From positions 32,001 to 96,000 of the forward strand of contig CAWFSF010000002.1 in assembly GCA_963818475.1 (NCBI GenBank): a DNA stretch of 64,000 bases, in the 5' to 3' direction. The translations under genes were made by a program, and so were the position numbers. This stretch comes from Nitrospirota bacterium. GTDB lineage: Bacteria; Nitrospirota; UBA9217. Shown here piece after piece: positions 59,128 to 64,000 of the stretch. Position 1 is the stretch's first letter, and each line of letters opens with the position of its first letter. The notes below the pieces were generated by a model. That model was given only the letters and a program-made list of their open reading frames with translations, made no database searches and was not told where the DNA came from.

Positions 59128-61441
59128 CTAAGCCTTTTCCAGCTTCACTGCGCAGATCTTGTACTCCGGCTGTTTGGACAGCGCATCGAACGCGTCGTTC
59201 GTCAGGCTGTTGATCATTTTGTCGGGGTAGTGCATCGGAACGAAGACCAGTCCGTCGCGCGGCACATCGATGACCTTGGCTTCGAGCACGATCGTCCCGC
59301 GGCGGGACGTGAGCCGCACCTTGTCCCTGGACTTGACGCCGATCTTCGCCGCGTCCCGCGGGTTGATCTCAACGTAGGCGGCCGGCGCGGAGCGCTTGAG
59401 TTCGGGCACGTTGAGCGTCATGGTGCCGGTGTGCCAGTGCTCGATCTGGCGGCCTGTGGTGAGGGCATAGGGATACTCCGCATCGGGCGGCTCGGCCGGG
59501 CCCTTGTAGGGCCGGAGCCAGACCGTGGCCTTGTTTCCGTCGGCCTTGGCGCCGTAGAAGGAAACGTCCGCTGCCTGGGGATCGAACTTCTTCACCATGA
59601 CGTCGCCGTGTTTTGCGGTGTACCGGCGCTGCGTGCCCGGATGGTCTTCCGTGGGGCAGGGCCACTGGATGCCGTGGGCTTTTTTCATGCGCGCACGGGT
59701 CATTCCCATGAAGTCGTAGGCAGTGCCCTTCGAGCACTGACGGATCTCGTTCCAGACGTCCTCGGAGTTCTTGTGAGCGAACAGTTTCTTCCCTTCGTGC
59801 TCCAGATCGAGGGCTTTGAACAGCTTGTTCGCGAACTCGATCATCACGTCCAGATCAGGCCGCGCTTCTGCGGGCGGATTGATCGCTTTCTCAATATACT
59901 GATACCTCCGCTCGGACTGTCCGTAGGTGCCGTCCTTCTCCACCCAGAGCGCGGCGGGAAGCACCAGGTCGGCCAGTTCCGAGGTTTTCGTCGGATGGTA
60001 CGCCTCGGACACGACGAGGAAGGTGTCCTTGCCTTCCATGCCCTTCCGGTAGGCATCCACATTCGGCAGGCTCTGGCCGGGGTTGGTGCAGGCGATCCAC
60101 ATTGCCTTGATCTTGCCGGCCCCGAAATCGCGGAACATCTCGACCGCCGTAGGTCCGGGCTTGGGCTGAATGCGGCCAGCGGGCAGGCCCCAGAACTTCT
60201 CCATGTCCTCGCGGTCCTTCTCGTTTGCAACGAGCCGGCCGTAGGGCAGCAGATGGCTAAGAAGACCGCCGTCGCGCACACCGCCGCAGGCATTCGGCTG
60301 GCCCGTAAGCGAGAACGACGTGGCGCCGGGCCGGTTGATCTGGCCGGTCAGCAAATGCAGGTTGTGCATCATGTTGTTCACCCATACACCGCGGGTCCGC
60401 TGGTTCAGGCCCATGCACCAGAGGCTCATGGTCGCCTTGGACTGGGCGAACATGCGGGCAGCCTTGATGATGTCGTCCTTGGGGCAGCCGGAGATCTTCT
60501 CGGCCGCCTCGGGTGAGTAGTCCTCCAGGAACTTGACGTACTCGTTCCCAGCCGACCTTCTCGATCTTCGGCGGCGGCCCCGGGTCCGTCATCGTCTTGA
60601 AGACCGTGTACTTTTCCACATACTCCTTGCTGTACAGGTTCTCCTTCACGATCACGTGGGCCATGGAATTCAGGATCGCCAGATCGCTTCCGGGAATGAA
60701 GCTCATATGCATGTCAGCGATGCGCGCCGACAGCGTCTTCCGTGGATCGACCATGATGATCTTGGCGCCGCGCTTCTTCTGCTCGTTCACGATGCGGAAA
60801 ATGACCGGATGCGCCTCGGCCATGTTCGATCCGACGATAAAGAAGCAGTCGGCATGGTACATGTCGTCGTAGGCGCCCATGGGTTCGTCCTTGCCGAAGG
60901 TGGAAACGTAGCCCACGGCGGCAGAAGCCATGCAGAGACGGGGATTGCCGTCGATATTGTTCGTGCCGAGCCCGCCCTTGAATACTTTGTTGATGAAGTA
61001 GGATTCTTCGGTGTAGGCCTGGCCCGAGCCGTAAAAGGCCACAGACTGGGGATCTTTCCTGTAGGCTGCCGCGAACTTGCCGACCATGAGGTCCATTGCC
61101 TCTTGCCAGGAGATCTTGACGAACTCGTTGCCTTTTCGCAGCAGGGGATGCTTGGCCCGGTCCGGCGCGGTCAGGATGGCCGGCAGGAAATTGCCTTTGA
61201 GGCAAAGGAAGCCCTTGTTCCAGTTGTCCTTGTCTCCCTTGACCGCGACGACCTTGCCGCCCTTGACACCCGCGTACACGCCGCAGCCTGCTCCGCAGTA
61301 CCGGCAGACGCCCTTGACCCATTTATCGACGTCCGCTTCGGCCCCCATGAGCTCTTTCGGCAGGGCCAGGTCAAGCCCGATCGCGGACGCCGCGGCCAGG
61401 GCCGCTGAATACTTCAGGAGCTGTCTTCTGGTAATGTTCAT
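59128..61441 (-). CDS. napA: Periplasmic nitrate reductase catalytic subunit (frameshift near 60545)
   Basis: Tat TRRQLLK, CRYCGAGC, GSGQ, NPRLCMASA, SLTGQPNACG, HWHTGTMT, SKQPEYKICAV. Confidence 0.93.
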
Positions 61442-61815
61442 TTCTCCCCTCCTTGCCCGTGGAATCCTGTCCTGTTCTTAGCGGATTCCTTCACGGCCAC
61501 GGTGTGATGTTCATGGCAAAGGAAGCAGGTCTGTTCCCGGGCCGGCAATTTTTTCTGGACGCTCGCGACCGCGTCACTGTGGCATCCCCTGCACCGGTCC
61601 ATGCCCGGCTTTACCGTGAAGTTCACCTCCGGAGAGCCGTGGCATACAACGCACTTGACACCCATCAGCCCGTGCTTTCCGTCCAGCCATATTTTTTCCT
61701 GATCGATGTGACACTCCGCGCATTCCTGACCATTGGATTTCACATGCGGCTTGCCGGCGGCAGCCGCGGCGATCGGGAGGACGAGCGCCAGCAATACCAA
61801 CACTATTCTTTTCAT
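61438..61815 (-). CDS. napM: Tetraheme cytochrome c (NapM-like)
   Basis: Signal peptide; CAECH, CVVCH, CRGCH, CFLCH; 4-nt overlap with napA; GAGGAGG RBS. Confidence 0.8.
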   Translation of the reverse strand: MKRIVLVLLALVLPIAAAAAGKPHVKSNGQECAECHIDQEKIWLDGKHGLMGVKCVVCHGSPEVNFTVKPGMDRCRGCHSDAVASVQKKLPAREQTCFLCHEHHTVAVKESAKNRTGFHGQGGEK

Positions 61816-61853
61816 AATGCCTCCTCTCTGAAACTCCGTTTCGTTGTTCGCTG

Positions 61854-61891
61854 AAAAAACCGCGGGACGGAGGACGATCCCCCGCCCCGCG
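61854..61891 (-). terminator. Terminator-like hairpin after the nitrite reductase gene
   Basis: CGCGGGGCGG...CCGTCCCGCG followed by GTTTTTT on the minus strand. Confidence 0.6.
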
Positions 61892-61906
61892 TATACGAAT
61901 CGGGTA

Positions 61907-63595
61907 TTACTTTGCCGCGGTCTTGGGCGCCATGGCATCATCGATCATCTTGATGCCTTTGAAAGCCTCATCAGCAGATTTCAGCAAAGCCTCTTTCGCC
62001 ATATCCGGATTGTGGAAGCCGTCGGAGTTTTCCGCGGTCCAGAATTCCCACAGAATGTGCGCTTTCAAGTGCTGGTCCTGGGCATTCTTGATGACCTCGG
62101 GATCAACGCCAGCTGCCTTCGCAGCCACGATCTTGTCGATCAGGACGGAGATGCGGAACTCCGCCTTGCGCATCTTGCCCTTGATATGGGCTTTGACCGA
62201 ATCGATGGCATACACAGCGTCCTGCTCACTCCACTTCGGATGGCACTTGGCGGTCAGGCAGGTTTCCTTGAGCATGACCCTGGGCGTAACGGGGAAGTGC
62301 GACGTGAATACCTTGCCCTGCTTGTTCTTCATTTTCGGCGAATGGCACGAATCGCACCCTGCGCCTGCTTTTGCGTGCTTTGAGTTGTAGAATGCCTCGG
62401 TTTCCGGATGCTGCGCCTTCCAGAGCAGGCCGCCCGTGATCGCGTGCTTGAAATCGAGGAAGTTCACCTGGTTCTTGTAGTGGTCATAGAGGCCGAACAC
62501 GTCCTTGTAGGGGAAATGGTTCGTGAGCGGGCTGTTGTAGCCGACGGTCTTCTTGGAGGTATCGGGATTCCGCGGGTCGTACCCGTCGTTGCAATTGTAC
62601 TCAACATGGCACTGGCCGCACTGCAGCTTGGTGTCGTATTTCTCGAGGATCGCGATCTTGCGGTTAAAGCCGCGCAGACCCATGTCGATGATCTTGAAAT
62701 TGGTATGCTTCGCATCCTTGTGCCACAGCGTATCCGCCTCAGGACGGGTCAGGGCCGCGATCAGGCCGTCGCGCACGATGCGCGGCTTTGCTGCATGCGG
62801 GTCGTGGCAGATAAAGCAGTTCAGGGCGTGGTTCACGTCCTTTGCCAATTCCACCACATTCGAGGTGCGGTCCCAGGTCGTTTTGCCTTCCACCTTTTCG
62901 CCCAGGTAGGACCACCCCAGGATCTGGTCCTGGGTCTTGCACTGAAGGCAAGTCGGATTGGCTGCAGCCGCGCTCTGGGTAAGGAAAGCCTTATGCTCTT
63001 TTGTTTCGTGGTGCGTGTCGGTCAGGATGTCCCAGACCCGGCCCTTCTCATTCACGTACATCCAGCCGTCCTTGGGCTGGAACCGGCCGCCGAAGGCCCG
63101 GTCAACCACGAACTGGTCGACGAGCATGTGCACATGGCTTCGGGTCAGGTTATGCTCCTTGGTGAATCCGTGGCCAGCCATGAGCTTGTCCCAGAAGGGA
63201 TTGGGAGAGCGGTTCGTGAGCTGCGACTTCTCGTCGCGCGCGGGACGGTGCTTCGCCACCTGCATGTAGCTGTCGAACTGGTCCTTGTGGCACTTGCCGC
63301 ATGCCTCCCAGGACGTGTCCGTCACCGGACGGGTGTCCGGGCCCGGCGCCTTCAGGTGCGCCGCGATGCCGGAATGACAATTAACGCAGTTCACCTTGCT
63401 GTGCTTGCCCATGGTATGGAGCGTTTTGATCGGATCATGGCAACCGTAGCATGTTTTGACATCAACGTCCTTTTCCACCGCTGTTTTTGCCTGCCCCGCG
63501 CTCTTGTACTGCGCTCCTGCCTTGGAGCTGGTAAAAGTCAGGACCAATCCTATCGCAAAAACCAATGCAACTACCGCTAATACTTTACTCTTCAT
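61907..63595 (-). CDS. Octaheme cytochrome c nitrite reductase (ONR/TvNiR-like, NrfA superfamily)
   Basis: CYGCH, CVNCH, CGKCH, CLQCK, CFICH, CGQCHVEY, CDSCH, CLTAKCH; KAQHPE, AENSDGFHNP. Confidence 0.9.
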   Translation of the reverse strand: MKSKVLAVVALVFAIGLVLTFTSSKAGAQYKSAGQAKTAVEKDVDVKTCYGCHDPIKTLHTMGKHSKVNCVNCHSGIAAHLKAPGPDTRPVTDTSWEACGKCHKDQFDSYMQVAKHRPARDEKSQLTNRSPNPFWDKLMAGHGFTKEHNLTRSHVHMLVDQFVVDRAFGGRFQPKDGWMYVNEKGRVWDILTDTHHETKEHKAFLTQSAAAANPTCLQCKTQDQILGWSYLGEKVEGKTTWDRTSNVVELAKDVNHALNCFICHDPHAAKPRIVRDGLIAALTRPEADTLWHKDAKHTNFKIIDMGLRGFNRKIAILEKYDTKLQCGQCHVEYNCNDGYDPRNPDTSKKTVGYNSPLTNHFPYKDVFGLYDHYKNQVNFLDFKHAITGGLLWKAQHPETEAFYNSKHAKAGAGCDSCHSPKMKNKQGKVFTSHFPVTPRVMLKETCLTAKCHPKWSEQDAVYAIDSVKAHIKGKMRKAEFRISVLIDKIVAAKAAGVDPEVIKNAQDQHLKAHILWEFWTAENSDGFHNPDMAKEALLKSADEAFKGIKMIDDAMAPKTAAK

Positions 63596-64000
63596 AATTC
63601 AGCCCTCCTTCTTTTTATGTAAAAATGGTTTATGTATGCCTGCCCCCACATCTGCTGCGACAACAACTTCATCGGGGATGAAAATTGATTTGATCTTATT
63701 TCATTGAATCCGCACTATCCGCGCTCAGTTGCCCGAACCTTACCATGACCTTGCGTAAATTTGCGGTTAATGGCTGTAAACTTTCTGTTAATTTTTGCAA
63801 TCCTCTTCCCGGTCTGCTGCTCTTTTATATATAGCTCAGAAAATTCATCTCCGCAGGATTGCCGTCTGCAGGTAGGCAGGGCGCTGCTAAAATCGGCGTC
63901 TGTTTAAATTCTCCACTCAGAAGCATTGTGCGGGCATTTTCGGCGCCCCAGCCGATCTCCTGACCGGAAAATATTTCCATTTCCGTCATGACCGTGAAAA

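Noticed and set aside
63680-63710. FNR/Crp-family box upstream of the nitrite reductase
   Set aside because: TTGAT half-sites are present but there is no matching ATCAA at the right spacing.

Overview
A GC-rich bacterial chromosomal window. Gene content suggests an anaerobic Nitrospirota- or Desulfobacterota-like organism (inference). Many single-base frameshifts suggest an unpolished long-read assembly. Four blocks, nearly all on the minus strand: (1) 1-10.5 kb: cytochromes c, mscL, a flavoprotein disulfide reductase, glucokinase and an ArsS-type radical SAM protein with a probable selenocysteine UGA and SECIS hairpin. (2) 10.5-19.9 kb: an integron-like cassette array with no integrase in the window. 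It has three well-formed attC sites separating four AT-rich genes, further decayed attC-like sites next to two toxin-antitoxin pairs, PhzF and a hybrid kinase, and at its head a candidate attI plus a tandem array of an 18-bp palindrome. (3) 24.5-38.1 kb: a MalT-like STAND ATPase/BTAD regulator, a 62-aa protein and four large beta-propeller/Ig surface lipoproteins. (4) 38.6-64 kb: housekeeping genes (secDF-yajC-tgt-argS, ubiX), heme/hemerythrin signalling genes, Mo-cofactor genes and a nitrate-ammonification cluster (octaheme nitrite reductase, napM-A-D-G-H). Palindromic elements built from 7-10-nt repeats fill many gene junctions, and two sit in frame inside a coding sequence. No rRNA, tRNA or CRISPR array was seen. 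Family assignments come from motif recognition, not database searches.
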